NCBI GenBank assembly: GCA_050250895.1
Contig: JBFWNU010000001.1
Span: 2,788,891-2,852,890 of the forward strand
Direction: 5' to 3'
Length of the DNA stretch: 64,000 bases
From: Vulcanimicrobiota bacterium
GTDB lineage: Bacteria > Vulcanimicrobiota > Xenobia > Xenobiales > JADMJV01
The translations under genes were made by a program, and so were the position numbers. Below, piece after piece: positions 1-9,841 of the stretch. How positions within the stretch are numbered: position 1 is the stretch's first letter; every line of letters starts with the position of its first letter. The notes under the pieces are model-generated. The model did no database searches. It saw only the letters and a program-made list of their open reading frames with translations, and had not been told where the DNA came from.

Positions 1-3000
1 GGCCAGTACGCCAAAGCCGAAGAGCTCTATCGAGCTGCTCTCAAGGAAGCTGAAGGGTTCGGAGAACAGGACACCCGCCTGGCTCGCACTCTTAATGATC
101 TGGGGCTTTTGTGCAACGTCCAGGGACGGGCCGACGAGGCGCGCGAACTGCTCTCCCGAGCGGTGGGTATCTACGAGTCAGGCAGCCCCGAGAACGCAGA
201 TCTGGCCACCAGTCTCAACAATCTGGCCAATTTGCATTGCGATCACGGCGAATATCAGCTGGCCGAGCCCCTGTATCTGCGCTCGCTCGGCATCAAAGAG
301 GCGGCCCTGGGCGAGAACCATCCCGACGTGGCCGTGGCCCTGAACAATCTGGGCGAGTTGTTGGCCAACTGTGGCCGTTTTGACGAAGCCGGCCCGCTCT
401 ATCAAAGGGCTCTGGAAATCCGCGAGAGCCAGCTCGGCGCCGACGATTTCGAGGTGGCCGAGAGCCTCAACAACCTGGCCGCTTTCCATTTTCATCAGGG
501 CGACTACGAGGCGGCGGAACGCGCCGCTCGGCGGGCGCTGGCCATCGACGAAGCGCTGGGCAGCGACCATCCCACCGTGGCTACCGACATCAAGAATCTC
601 GGCGAAATCTTGCGGGCCCAGAATCGCTTTGACGAAGCCATCGTGGCTCTCGAGCGTGGCCTCGAACTGCGCCAGGGGCAGCTGGGCCCAGATCACCCCG
701 AACTGGGCTCGCTACTGCTGAGCCTATCGGACTCGTATCGCGCCCTCGAACGCATCGAGCCAGCGCGAGACTATGCCCAGCGTGCCCTGACCCTGCAAGA
801 AGCCGAACTCGGGTCGGACCATCCGGCCGTGGGCAGGTGCCTGGCCAGTCTGGCCGTGCTGGCCCGGTTGCAAGACGACACCGCCACCGCGCTCTCCCAA
901 GGTCAACGAGCCCTCGAGATTCTCGAGCGGCACCTGGGCCCCGAAGATGCCGAGTTGCTGGGGCCTCTGCTCAGCCTCGGCCAGGCCTTGCATGCCACGC
1001 AGCAAGAGGACCAGGCCCTGGCTCATTTCGAGCGAGCCCTTCAGCTGGTGCGCGCTCACCAACTGACGCCTCCAGGTGAATTGCTCGACGCTCTGGGCGA
1101 GCTGTATGAAAGTCGGGGTGAGACCGACAAGGCTGACGACTTGCTCAGTCATTCGCTCGAGCTGCAGCGCCGTCAACTTCAACCCGACGATCCGGCCTTT
1201 CTCGACGCCGTCTTGCGGCTGGCCGATGTGCACTGGCGCAGGGGTCGCTACGCTGAAGCCAGGCCTCACCTCGAAGAGGCGCTGCGCGGCCTCGAATCGG
1301 CCTACGGCGAACTCGACCCGCGGGTGCTCGAGGTGGTGGCTCAACTGGCCCGCAGCTGCCGGTTGATCGGCCTGGACCACGAGTCCGAGGGCTACTATGC
1401 CCGCTTGCTGCGGGCCGAGGACCTCGAAGATGGGCCCGAACCCCCTCTGCTGCTCGAGGCTCTGGCCAACCTCGGTCGCTTTCATCGTCTTTCGGGCGAG
1501 ATCGACTCCGCTCGCTCGCTGCTGGTGCGTGCCCTCGAAGTGGGCGAGTCGGTGGGCGACGAGGGACGCGCCGTGTTGGCCGAGGCCCTGATCAACCTGG
1601 GCGCCATTCAGGTGGGGGACGCTCAATACGAACAGGCCGAGCCGATGGTTCGGCGCGGTCTGGCCCGGCTTGACCCCGCAGCCGACGAGGCTATCGAGGC
1701 CCGCCTGTTACTGGCCCAGATCGCTCTGGCTCAACAACAGTTCGATGAAGCCGAGACAAACTACCAGCAAGCTCTGGCCGAACTCGAGACAAAACTTGGC
1801 TCGGACCATCCCGACCTGGTGCCGGTGCTTAGCGCGCTGGGTCAACTGCACCACGAGCTCGACGGGCATGCGGAGTCCGAGTCCTATCATCGCCGCGCTC
1901 TGGCGTTGTTGCAGGCGCACGAGCAGGGGCAAACCATCGAGGCCGCCGTCGAACTGAGCCACCTGGCCGATCTCTGCTTCTCGGCCCAACGATTCGACGA
2001 GGCGGAGCGCTTCTACGAGCAGGCTCTCGCGGTGCAGCGAGAAGTGCTGGGCGAGCGCCACCCTGAGCTGGGTCCCAACTTGAACAATCTGGGCCAGCTG
2101 TATTTCGCCCGCGGTGACTACGCTCAGGCCGAGCCGGTCTACTCCCAGGCGTTGACCCTGCTGGAAGAGACGCTGGGAGCGCTCGACCCCGACGTGCTGT
2201 TGGTGCGGCGTAATCTGGCCAACCTCTACCGGTTGCAAGGCGAACTGGACCGGGCCGAGCCGATGCTCATCCGGGTGGTGGCCGACGCCGAGGCTTTGCT
2301 CGGCGGCGAGCATCCTGACCTGGCCATCGACCTCAACAGCCTGGCCGAGCTACATGCTGCTCGGCGCCAGTATGACGAGGCCGAGGCGCTCTATCAACGC
2401 TCCATTCAGATCTCCGAGGCGGCCCTGGGGACCGAGCACACTAACGTGGCGGCCGGCCTCAACAACCTGGCCCTCATGTACATGTCGCTGGAGCGTTACG
2501 CTCAGGCCGAGCCGCTGGCTCGGCGCGCGCTGACGATCTTCCGCACCACTCTGGGCGAGGACCATCCGAATCTGATGACCTGTCTGTCCAACGTGGCCGA
2601 GAATTGCCAGGCCCTGGGTCGCCTCGACGAAGCCGAAAAGCTATATTCTGAGGCGGTCGAGGTGGGTCGGCGCACGCTGGGCAGCGACAGTCCCGAAGTG
2701 GCCGCCGGCCTGTTGACCCTGGCTCACGTTCAGGCTCAGCTCGAACGCCATCAAGACACCCTGGCGACGATTCAAGAGGCGATGACCATCGACGAGGCCA
2801 ACGCCTATCGCTTCGAGTTGCTCTTGTTGCGGGCCGAGTCCGAGCGCGCCCTGGGCCATGAGAGCGCTTCCGAGACGGCCGAAGAAGCTCTGCGCCAGGC
2901 GCGCCAGGTGGACGATCCCGACCCGGCCGCGGTGGCTCAATGTCTGGTGCTGGTGGCGCGTTGTCGTCGTTCTGCCGGGCGCCTCGACGAAGCCTCAGAG

Positions 3001-6000
3001 TGCCTTGACGAAGCGGTCGAGCTGTTGCGCATCGAGAAAGGCGAAGGGGCAGTCGAGCTGGCCGGCCCGCTGAAGGAGTTGGCTGAACTCAGCCGCGAGC
3101 AAGGGCGTCTCGACACGGCCTGGTCGAGCCTTTCCGAAGTGCTGCGCATTCAAGAGGATGGGTTGGGCCCCGAGCATCTCGAGGTGGGCCGCACCATGGC
3201 TGAAATGGCTCGCACCGCCCACCAGCGAGACGATCTCAATCGGGCCGAAAGTCTTTACCGCCGAGCGCTCGAGCTGGGTGGCACCAACCTTGGCGCCGAC
3301 CATCCTGAACTGGCCGCCCTGATGATGGGGCTGGCCGAGCTGTATGAGGCTCAGGGCCGTTTTCTGGCGGCCGAGTCGCTGGTCGGGCGGGCTCTCGAGA
3401 TTCAAAAACGCGCTCATGGCGAAAAGGCGGTCCTGGTCGGGCGCGGATTGGCCGATCTGGCCCGTCTGCAGCAGCGGCAAGAGAAAGTCGACGAGGCTGA
3501 AGAGAGCTATCGCGAGGCACTGGCCATCCTCGGTGAGCATGTCGAGCCGTCGGGCCTGTCGCGAGAGACGCTTCAGTTGGCCCGCATTCTCAATCGAGTG
3601 GGCAAGGTTGCTGAAGCCGAGCCGCTCTTCCAACAAGCCGTCGACTGGCGTCTGGCCGATCCCGCGGCCGACCCGGCCGAGTTGGCCACTGAACTCAGCG
3701 AATTGGCCGAACTCTATCTGCGCCAGGGACGCCACGACGAGGCCGAGCCCTACCTCGTCAAAGCCATCGAGTATCGTGAGCAGAGCGGTCCGCCGCTCAA
3801 GCTGGCTCCGCTGTTGCGCAATCTGGCGGGCATTCTGGTGCGCTCCGAGCGATTTGACCGGGCCGAATCGGCCTATCGTCGAGCCCTCGAGATCCAGGAA
3901 GGGACCATCGGCTCCGACAATCCCGAGGTAGGCTCGACCCTGCACGAGTTGGCCGCTTTGCTGGTGAAAAAGGGCGAAGTGGCTCAGGCCGAGTCGCTGC
4001 ACAACCGTGCTCTGGACATTCGTGAAAAGGCTTGCGGCCCCGAGAGTCTCGAGGTGGCCGACAGCCTCGATCAGATGGCCCAGTTTTATGCCGCTCGCGG
4101 CAAGACCGTCCAGTCTGAGGTCTTGCTCGAGCGGGCCAGCGACATCGTCGAGGCGGTGCTCGGTCCGCAGCACGTCGGGCTGGCTCCCTATCTGGTGCGT
4201 CGGGCCGATCTTTATCTCGAGGCTCGACCGGGCGAGGCTGAACAGCTTTATCTGCGGGCCCTGGCCCTGTGGGATCGCAGTCCCATGGCGGTGGACAAGT
4301 CGCGGCTGGCCCAGGCCAACCGCTCGCTGGCCACGGCGCAGGCCGCCCTGGGCAAAAACGAAGAGGCGCTGGCCACCGGCCTCAAGACCGAGAAGCTCCT
4401 CAAAGCGCTCTTGCCCGAAGGCCATCCCGACCTGATCCAATTGAGCGCCTTTCTGGGTACCCTGCTGCTCGAACTCGATCGGCACTCGATGGCGGAACCG
4501 CGCCTGCTGGCCTGTCTCGAGGCTCGCCGGGTCGAGGTCGGGGAGGACAATCCCCAGCTGGTGCCCGAGCTGGTCGGTCTGGCCAGTTGTTACCTGGCCC
4601 AAAACAAGGTCGAGCCGGCCGCTCCCCTGGTGACTCAGGCTTTGCAGCTGCAGCACGACCAGCCCCGCGAGCCCATTAACCTCAGCCCGCTGTTGCTACA
4701 GCTGGCCGATCAGTATCGCGAGCACAACCGCGAGGGCGAGGCCGAAGAGATTTATCAGAAGGTGCTCACCAGCGCCCGCGAAGTCGACGATGAGCGCACC
4801 GTGGCCCGCTGTCTGGGACCACTAGCCTCTATCTATCTCAAACGCGGCAATCTCCGCGACGCCGCACCCATGTGCGAGCAAGAGGTCACCCTCAAAGAGA
4901 AGCTGCTGGGAGCGCATCACCCCGAGGTCGCTCGCGGCTACTCCAGACTGGCCGAGCTGTATCAAGGTCAGGGCCAGTTGGCCCAGGCCGAAGAGGCTCT
5001 CAAGAAAATGCTGGCCATTCACGAGGCCAACCTGGGCGACCAGCACCCTCAGGTCGCCCAGGCCCTGAGCGAGTTGGCCGAACTGTATCGGCAGCGCGAA
5101 CTCTTGCCCGAATCCGAGACCCTGCACCGGCGAGCCTACGAAATCCGCAAGCGCCATCTGGGCTCGGACCACGCCGACACGGCCGAAAGCCTCCACTCGC
5201 TGGGTTGTCTCTACCAGGCCGAAGGCAAGTTCGACACGGCCGAATCGTTCTTGCAGCGCTCGCTCGAGATCAAGCAGCGCGCCCACAGCGCCGACCACCC
5301 CAAGGTGGCCCGGGTGCTGCACGCCCTGGCCTCGCTCTTTCAAGACCAGAAGCGCTACACCGAGGCCGAGGCCCTGTTCAACCGGGCTCTGACCATGCGC
5401 GAACGGGCGCTGGGCGAGAGCCATCCCGAGGTGGCCGAAAGCCTGGAGGGGCTGGCCGGCCTCTACCAGGCCCAGAAGCTTTACAACCAGGCTGAACCGC
5501 TGCTCGGCAAAGCGCTCGAATCGCTCGAGGTCACGCTGGGGCCCTCTCACCTTTCGGTGGCCGACAGCCTGACCAAGCTGGGTCAGATCTATCTGATCCA
5601 GGGCCAACCCGAGAAGGCCCGCGAGCCTCTTGCCCGGGCACTCGAGATCCGGATCAGCAAGTTGGGCGAATCCAACCGTCTGGTGGCCCAAAGCCTCAAC
5701 TTCATGGGTCGGGTGCGCCGATTGGGTGGCGAACTCGAGCAGGCCTGCGATTGTTACGAGCGAGCCCGGGTCATCTTCGAGCGCGAGTACGGCGCCGATC
5801 ATCCGAACGTGTGCGAGACCCTCGAAGGGCTCGGAGACCTGGCTCTGGCCAGCGGGCAACCCACCGAAGCGGTGGACTATTTCCAGCGCTCGCTCGATAT
5901 TCGCCTGCGTATCTACGGGCCCGACCACGATTTGGTGGCCACCAGCCGCCACAAACTGGGCACCGCCCACCGGGGCTGTAAGAACTTCGACAAAGCCGAA

Positions 6001-7194
6001 TTCGAACTCAAGAAGGCTCTCGAGATCCGGGGCCGGGTGCTGGGACCTGACCACCCCGAGGTGGCCCTCAGCCTGCACTGCCTGGGCGAGTTTTACGCTT
6101 CTCAGGGCAAGTTCGTGGCCGCCGGTGCGCTGTGCGAGCGGGCGCTCGAGATTCAAGAGAAAGTCCACGGGCCCGAGCACGCCGATGTGGCCTCCACCTT
6201 GCTCACGCTGGCTCGTTTCGAGACCGTGCAAAACCAGCACAAGCGAGCCGAGCCGCTGGCTGAGCGCGCCCTGTCGATTCGGGGGGCGGTCTTTGGCGAA
6301 GAGCATCCCGCCTATGCCGAGGCGCTGCATGTGTTGGCCGAGATCTGCCAGGGGCAGCAGCGCTTCGAGCAGGCCGAGCAGTTCTTTGACCGCGCCCTCG
6401 ACATTCGCGAGCGCAAGCTCGGAGGCACCCACCCGGATACCGGTGTGAGCCTGCGCGGTCTGGCCCAACTTTATCAACGTCAGGGCAAGCTGTCGGTGGC
6501 CGAGCGTTTCCACAAACGCACGCTGGCCATTCTCGAGAAGAATCTCGGACCGGACCACCCCGATCTGGCCGACAGTCTTCACAGTCTGGGCCAGCTCTAC
6601 CGGTCGCTGGGCCGCGGCATGGAGGCGGAAACGCTGTTCAAGCGCGCCATGGATTTGCGGGGTCGGGCCCTGGGTCAGGAACACCCCGATGTGGCCGCCA
6701 GTCTCCACAGCCTGGCCGAGGTCTATCAAGACCAGCGCAACTTCCTGGCGGCCAAAGCGCTCTTCTCGAAGGCACTCGAAATTCGCGAAAAGGTATTGCT
6801 TCCGGACCATGCCGCTCTGGTCGAGACGCAGTTGGCCCTGGCCCTGTTGCACAAGACGGCCGAGAATTATGCCGAGGCGGAACCGCTGCTCAAGCGGGTG
6901 CTCGAGGCCAAGTCCAAGCGCCACGGCGACCAGCATCCCGAGGTGGCGGCGGTGCTGCAAGAACTGGCCGACATCCAGGCCGCCAAGGGCCAGGCGACCC
7001 AGGCCGAGGCCATGGTCAAGCGCGCCATCAGCATCTATGAACAAGCATTAGGGCCCGGCCACTTCGACGTGGCCAAGGCCCTATTACAACTGGCGGTGCT
7101 GGTCGAGAGCCAGGGCAACCTCGAGGAAGCCGCCCTCTATCGCAAGCGCGCCGAGACCATCGCCGACAGCAGCGCCCAGCAGATTCGCTCTTAG
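1..7194 (+). CDS. Giant tetratricopeptide-repeat protein (kinesin-light-chain/NPHP3-like 42-aa TPR_10/TPR_12 repeats), 5'-truncated
   Basis: Frame is open from base 1 (GQYAKAEELYRAAL...) to TAG 7194. Dozens of LGxDHPxVAxSLxNLAxLYxxQGxYxxAEPLxxRALxI repeats. No catalytic domain visible. Confidence 0.93.
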   Translation, partial: GQYAKAEELYRAALKEAEGFGEQDTRLARTLNDLGLLCNVQGRADEARELLSRAVGIYESGSPENADLATSLNNLANLHCDHGEYQLAEPLYLRSLGIKEAALGENHPDVAVALNNLGELLANCGRFDEAGPLYQRALEIRESQLGADDFEVAESLNNLAAFHFHQGDYEAAERAARRALAIDEALGSDHPTVATDIKNLGEILRAQNRFDEAIVALERGLELRQGQLGPDHPELGSLLLSLSDSYRALERIEPARDYAQRALTLQEAELGSDHPAVGRCLASLAVLARLQDDTATALSQGQRALEILERHLGPEDAELLGPLLSLGQALHATQQEDQALAHFERALQLVRAHQLTPPGELLDALGELYESRGETDKADDLLSHSLELQRRQLQPDDPAFLDAVLRLADVHWRRGRYAEARPHLEEALRGLESAYGELDPRVLEVVAQLARSCRLIGLDHESEGYYARLLRAEDLEDGPEPPLLLEALANLGRFHRLSGEIDSARSLLVRALEVGESVGDEGRAVLAEALINLGAIQVGDAQYEQAEPMVRRGLARLDPAADEAIEARLLLAQIALAQQQFDEAETNYQQALAELETKLGSDHPDLVPVLSALGQLHHELDGHAESESYHRRALALLQAHEQGQTIEAAVELSHLADLCFSAQRFDEAERFYEQALAVQREVLGERHPELGPNLNNLGQLYFARGDYAQAEPVYSQALTLLEETLGALDPDVLLVRRNLANLYRLQGELDRAEPMLIRVVADAEALLGGEHPDLAIDLNSLAELHAARRQYDEAEALYQRSIQISEAALGTEHTNVAAGLNNLALMYMSLERYAQAEPLARRALTIFRTTLGEDHPNLMTCLSNVAENCQALGRLDEAEKLYSEAVEVGRRTLGSDSPEVAAGLLTLAHVQAQLERHQDTLATIQEAMTIDEANAYRFELLLLRAESERALGHESASETAEEALRQARQVDDPDPAAVAQCLVLVARCRRSAGRLDEASECLDEAVELLRIEKGEGAVELAGPLKELAELSREQGRLDTAWSSLSEVLRIQEDGLGPEHLEVGRTMAEMARTAHQRDDLNRAESLYRRALELGGTNLGADHPELAALMMGLAELYEAQGRFLAAESLVGRALEIQKRAHGEKAVLVGRGLADLARLQQRQEKVDEAEESYREALAILGEHVEPSGLSRETLQLARILNRVGKVAEAEPLFQQAVDWRLADPAADPAELATELSELAELYLRQGRHDEAEPYLVKAIEYREQSGPPLKLAPLLRNLAGILVRSERFDRAESAYRRALEIQEGTIGSDNPEVGSTLHELAALLVKKGEVAQAESLHNRALDIREKACGPESLEVADSLDQMAQFYAARGKTVQSEVLLERASDIVEAVLGPQHVGLAPYLVRRADLYLEARPGEAEQLYLRALALWDRSPMAVDKSRLAQANRSLATAQAALGKNEEALATGLKTEKLLKALLPEGHPDLIQLSAFLGTLLLELDRHSMAEPRLLACLEARRVEVGEDNPQLVPELVGLASCYLAQNKVEPAAPLVTQALQLQHDQPREPINLSPLLLQLADQYREHNREGEAEEIYQKVLTSAREVDDERTVARCLGPLASIYLKRGNLRDAAPMCEQEVTLKEKLLGAHHPEVARGYSRLAELYQGQGQLAQAEEALKKMLAIHEANLGDQHPQVAQALSELAELYRQRELLPESETLHRRAYEIRKRHLGSDHADTAESLHSLGCLYQAEGKFDTAESFLQRSLEIKQRAHSADHPKVARVLHALASLFQDQKRYTEAEALFNRALTMRERALGESHPEVAESLEGLAGLYQAQKLYNQAEPLLGKALESLEVTLGPSHLSVADSLTKLGQIYLIQGQPEKAREPLARALEIRISKLGESNRLVAQSLNFMGRVRRLGGELEQACDCYERARVIFEREYGADHPNVCETLEGLGDLALASGQPTEAVDYFQRSLDIRLRIYGPDHDLVATSRHKLGTAHRGCKNFDKAEFELKKALEIRGRVLGPDHPEVALSLHCLGEFYASQGKFVAAGALCERALEIQEKVHGPEHADVASTLLTLARFETVQNQHKRAEPLAERALSIRGAVFGEEHPAYAEALHVLAEICQGQQRFEQAEQFFDRALDIRERKLGGTHPDTGVSLRGLAQLYQRQGKLSVAERFHKRTLAILEKNLGPDHPDLADSLHSLGQLYRSLGRGMEAETLFKRAMDLRGRALGQEHPDVAASLHSLAEVYQDQRNFLAAKALFSKALEIREKVLLPDHAALVETQLALALLHKTAENYAEAEPLLKRVLEAKSKRHGDQHPEVAAVLQELADIQAAKGQATQAEAMVKRAISIYEQALGPGHFDVAKALLQLAVLVESQGNLEEAALYRKRAETIADSSAQQIRS

Positions 7195-7201
7195 GATGCC
7201 C

Positions 7202-7522
7202 TCAGTCGCGACCGGCCACGGCCTTGAAGAAGGCCATGATGGCGCCGTCTTTCTTGGCCGGGTGGGTTAGTTCTTCGAGTTCGCCAGCGTCTAACCAGAC
7301 GCCGCGACAAGCGGGGCAACGATCCAGCTCCACATCGCCATGGCGCTCGGGAACCAGGGTGGCGTTCTGGCAGCGGGGGCATTTGCGCTCCAGCGACTTT
7401 TTTTTGCGCTCGCGTTCGAGGTCTTCGAGGCGCTCGCGCTCTTGGCGCTCGAAAAACTTGTCCTCTTTGCTGTGGGGACGACGACTGAGTTCTTCCTGAC
7501 TAACCGGTCTTTCTTCGGACAC
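7202..7522 (-). CDS. zf-TFIIB-family zinc-ribbon protein
   Basis: CPRC...VELDRCPACRGVWLDAGELE motif. AGGAGG RBS lies 6 nt before GTG at 7522. Confidence 0.85.
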   Translation of the reverse strand: MSEERPVSQEELSRRPHSKEDKFFERQERERLEDLERERKKKSLERKCPRCQNATLVPERHGDVELDRCPACRGVWLDAGELEELTHPAKKDGAIMAFFKAVAGRD

Positions 7523-7610
7523 GCACAACCTCCTAAAGGAATTCTCGGGTTGTTTTTCCTCATCCACGCCGTTCCTCCTCGGCGGACTGGAAGCAACCTG
7601 TGAGCAATGT

Positions 7611-7624
7611 TTACAAATTTGTAA
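7611..7624. promoter_or_regulatory. Perfect 14-bp palindrome, candidate operator between divergent genes
   Basis: TTACAAATTTGTAA in an AT-rich intergenic patch. Confidence 0.4.
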
Positions 7625-7680
7625 GCTCGAAGGGCTCTTGTTCAAAGCGGATTTCCCATAGTCTGGTCTAGACTCGACCC

Positions 7681-8004
7681 ATGACCAGCTACAATCGCCG
7701 CCACAACGGCCGGATTCACCGGCAACTCACGCTCGAGAGCAACGGCCGTCAGGGACATCTGCTGGACTTGAGCGAGAGCGGGGCCCGCTTGCTGCTCTGC
7801 CAACCCGGACGCTGGGTGGCGCTGACCTTCGAACTCGATGGTCGCCGGGTCGAAGTACAGGCTGAACGCACCTGGATTCGCAGGTTGGGACCGGGCCCCC
7901 AACGGATGGTGGGGGTTCGCTTCGTGGGTCTGTCGGCCGAGGCCCGTGGTGTGCTTCACATGTGGCTGGTGCGCCAACAATACCAGCAGCGCCTGGCCAG
8001 CTAG
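7681..8004 (+). CDS. PilZ-domain (c-di-GMP-binding) protein
   Basis: RxxxR (RHNGR) and DxSxxG (DLSESG) motifs, plus C-terminal VGVRF. Confidence 0.85.
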   Translation: MTSYNRRHNGRIHRQLTLESNGRQGHLLDLSESGARLLLCQPGRWVALTFELDGRRVEVQAERTWIRRLGPGPQRMVGVRFVGLSAEARGVLHMWLVRQQYQQRLAS

Positions 8005-8050
8005 GCCGGTGCCTTGAAGGTCGGGGGGACGGGGGTTCGAAATAGACCCC

Positions 8051-8620
8051 ATGTCCGTGCTGACCGAACTGCAGAAGCGCAAGCTCATCCACATGTTCGA
8101 GTTGCTCGATGTCGATGGCAACGGCTTTCTCGAGTTCGCCGACTTTCAGGCCGTCATCGAGACGCTGGCCGAAGAACGGGGCCTCGAGCCCAATAGTCCC
8201 GGCTATCGTCGGCTCTTCGGCAACAACCGCCGCATCTGGAAGGGTCTGTTCAAGTGCGACCTCAACGGCGACGGACAGATCAGCCTGCCCGAGTGGCTGG
8301 CTTACCACATCGAGGCCATCCTCGCCGACGAACAAGCCGGCATCTCGCCTGCCGGCCTGACCACAGCCATCGACTCCATCGCGCGCTATTTCTACGAGTT
8401 GATGGACATGGACGGCGACGGCCAGGTTCAGCGCGAGGATTATCGCTATTTCTGCGAGGCCCACGGCATTCCCGAGGACACGGTGGAAGAGAGCTTCCAC
8501 CAACTCGATCGCGACGGCAATGGCACCCTATCGCTCGAAGAGGTGGTCACTCTGGTGCGCGAATTCTACACCAGCGACGACCCTTCAGCCCCCGGCAACT
8601 GGTTCTTCGGCGACTTCTAG
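8051..8620 (+). CDS. EF-hand calcium-binding protein (calerythrin/SCP-like)
   Basis: Four EF loops: DVDGNGFLEFAD, DLNGDGQISLPE, DMDGDGQVQRED, DRDGNGTLSLEE. Confidence 0.92.
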   Translation: MSVLTELQKRKLIHMFELLDVDGNGFLEFADFQAVIETLAEERGLEPNSPGYRRLFGNNRRIWKGLFKCDLNGDGQISLPEWLAYHIEAILADEQAGISPAGLTTAIDSIARYFYELMDMDGDGQVQREDYRYFCEAHGIPEDTVEESFHQLDRDGNGTLSLEEVVTLVREFYTSDDPSAPGNWFFGDF

Positions 8621-9004
8621 CGGGGAGCGGCGGCTGACGCCGCCGGGAAAGGAGCCGGCGCTGCGCGCGGAGATCTCGGCCTGCGGCCGACAGGGAGCGG
8701 CGGCTGTGCCGCCGAGAGAGGAGCCGATTCGGCCTGCGGCCGACGGGGAGCGGCGGCTGTGCCGCCGGGAAAGGAGCCGATTCGGCCTGCGGCCGACGGG
8801 GAGCGGCGGCTGTGCCGCCGAGAGAGGAGCCGGCGCTGCGCGCGGAGATCTCGGCCTGCGGCCGACAGGGAGCGGCGGCTGTGCCGCCGGGAAAGGAGCC
8901 GATTCGGCCTGCGGCCGACGGGGAGCGGCGGCTGTGCCGCCGGGAAAGGAGCCGATTCGGCCGGCGGCCGACAGGGAGCGGCGGCTATGCCGCCGAGAAA
9001 GGAG
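8621..9004. repeat. Tandem palindromic (REP/BIME-like) array A
   Basis: Units of 70,53,53,69,53,53 bp plus a partial unit. Each contains the hairpins CGGCGGC-tgt-GCCGCCG and TCGGCC-tgc-GGCCGA, separated by GGAGC boxes. Confidence 0.9.
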
Positions 9005-9032
9005 TCTCTCCGAGGGAGCGGTAGCGACCGAG

Positions 9033-9350
9033 GCTCCTTCTCCCGCCAGCGAAGCGCAGCGCTCCTTCTCCCGGCCCAACGGGCCGCTCCTCTCCGCCAG
9101 CGAAGCGCAGCGCTCCTTCTCCCGGCCCAACGGGCCGCTCCTTCTCCCGCCAGCGAAGCGCAGCGCTCCTTCTCCCGGCCCAACGGGCCGCTCCTCTCCG
9201 CCAGCGAAGCGCAGCGCTCCTTCTCCCGGCCCAACGGGCCGCTCCTCTCCGCAAGCGAAGCGCAGCGCTCCTTCTCCCGGCCCAACGGGCCGCTCCTTCT
9301 CCCGCCAGCGAAGCGCAGCGCTCCTTCTCCCGGCCCAATGGGCCGCTCCT
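9033..9350. repeat. Tandem palindromic array B, with box motifs inverted relative to array A
   Basis: Six 51-53 bp units GCTCCTTCTCCCGCCAGCGAAGCGCAGC-GCTCCTTCTCCCGGCCCAACGGGCC. Confidence 0.9.
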
Positions 9351-9451
9351 TGTTAACTCGGAGTTAACTTTCTTTCAATACCCTGTTTCTTCACATTTCT
9401 TAAAGAATCGGTCAAGATAGACCCTACCAAACGCAGGAGAGAGGTTCGTTC

Positions 9452-9841
9452 ATGGGCGGTGTTGTCAAGGGTGTAAAGAGTGCTCTCAAAGGCGCGGAAG
9501 GCGCTACCAAAGGCTTGCTCAAGAGCGGCCTGGAGATGGCCTCGGGCCGTCCCGACCAAGCGGTCAAGACGCTGGTGACCAGTCAGCACAACGGGGTGAT
9601 GGATACCCTCAAAGGGGGTCACGAGATCGGCAAAGCCGTCGTTCCGGTGGCTGGCGCGGTGGCTGGTGGGTTCTTCGGCGGACCCGTGGGCTCGATGGTC
9701 GGTGGTCAAGCGGGCACCGCCGTGGCTGGCGAAATGGGCAAGATGGACGGGGTCTTCGACGAGATGAAGATCGCCACCAACGACAACGACTTCGGTCGCG
9801 CCAACGGCGACCTGGCTGCCGGTTTCGGGCCCTTCGCCTAG
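9452..9841 (+). CDS. Small glycine-zipper hypothetical protein
   Basis: AGGAGAGAGG RBS. Segment AGAVAGGFFGGPVGSMVGGQAG. Confidence 0.7.
   Translation: MGGVVKGVKSALKGAEGATKGLLKSGLEMASGRPDQAVKTLVTSQHNGVMDTLKGGHEIGKAVVPVAGAVAGGFFGGPVGSMVGGQAGTAVAGEMGKMDGVFDEMKIATNDNDFGRANGDLAAGFGPFA

Noticed and set aside
2995-7044. 553- and 740-aa minus-strand ORFs
   Set aside because: Antisense shadows of the TPR gene.
8520-9367. ORFs of 70-278 aa across arrays A/B, or a CRISPR array
   Set aside because: Unit lengths are mostly not multiples of 3, many frames are open only because of GC-rich repeats, and there are no unique spacers.
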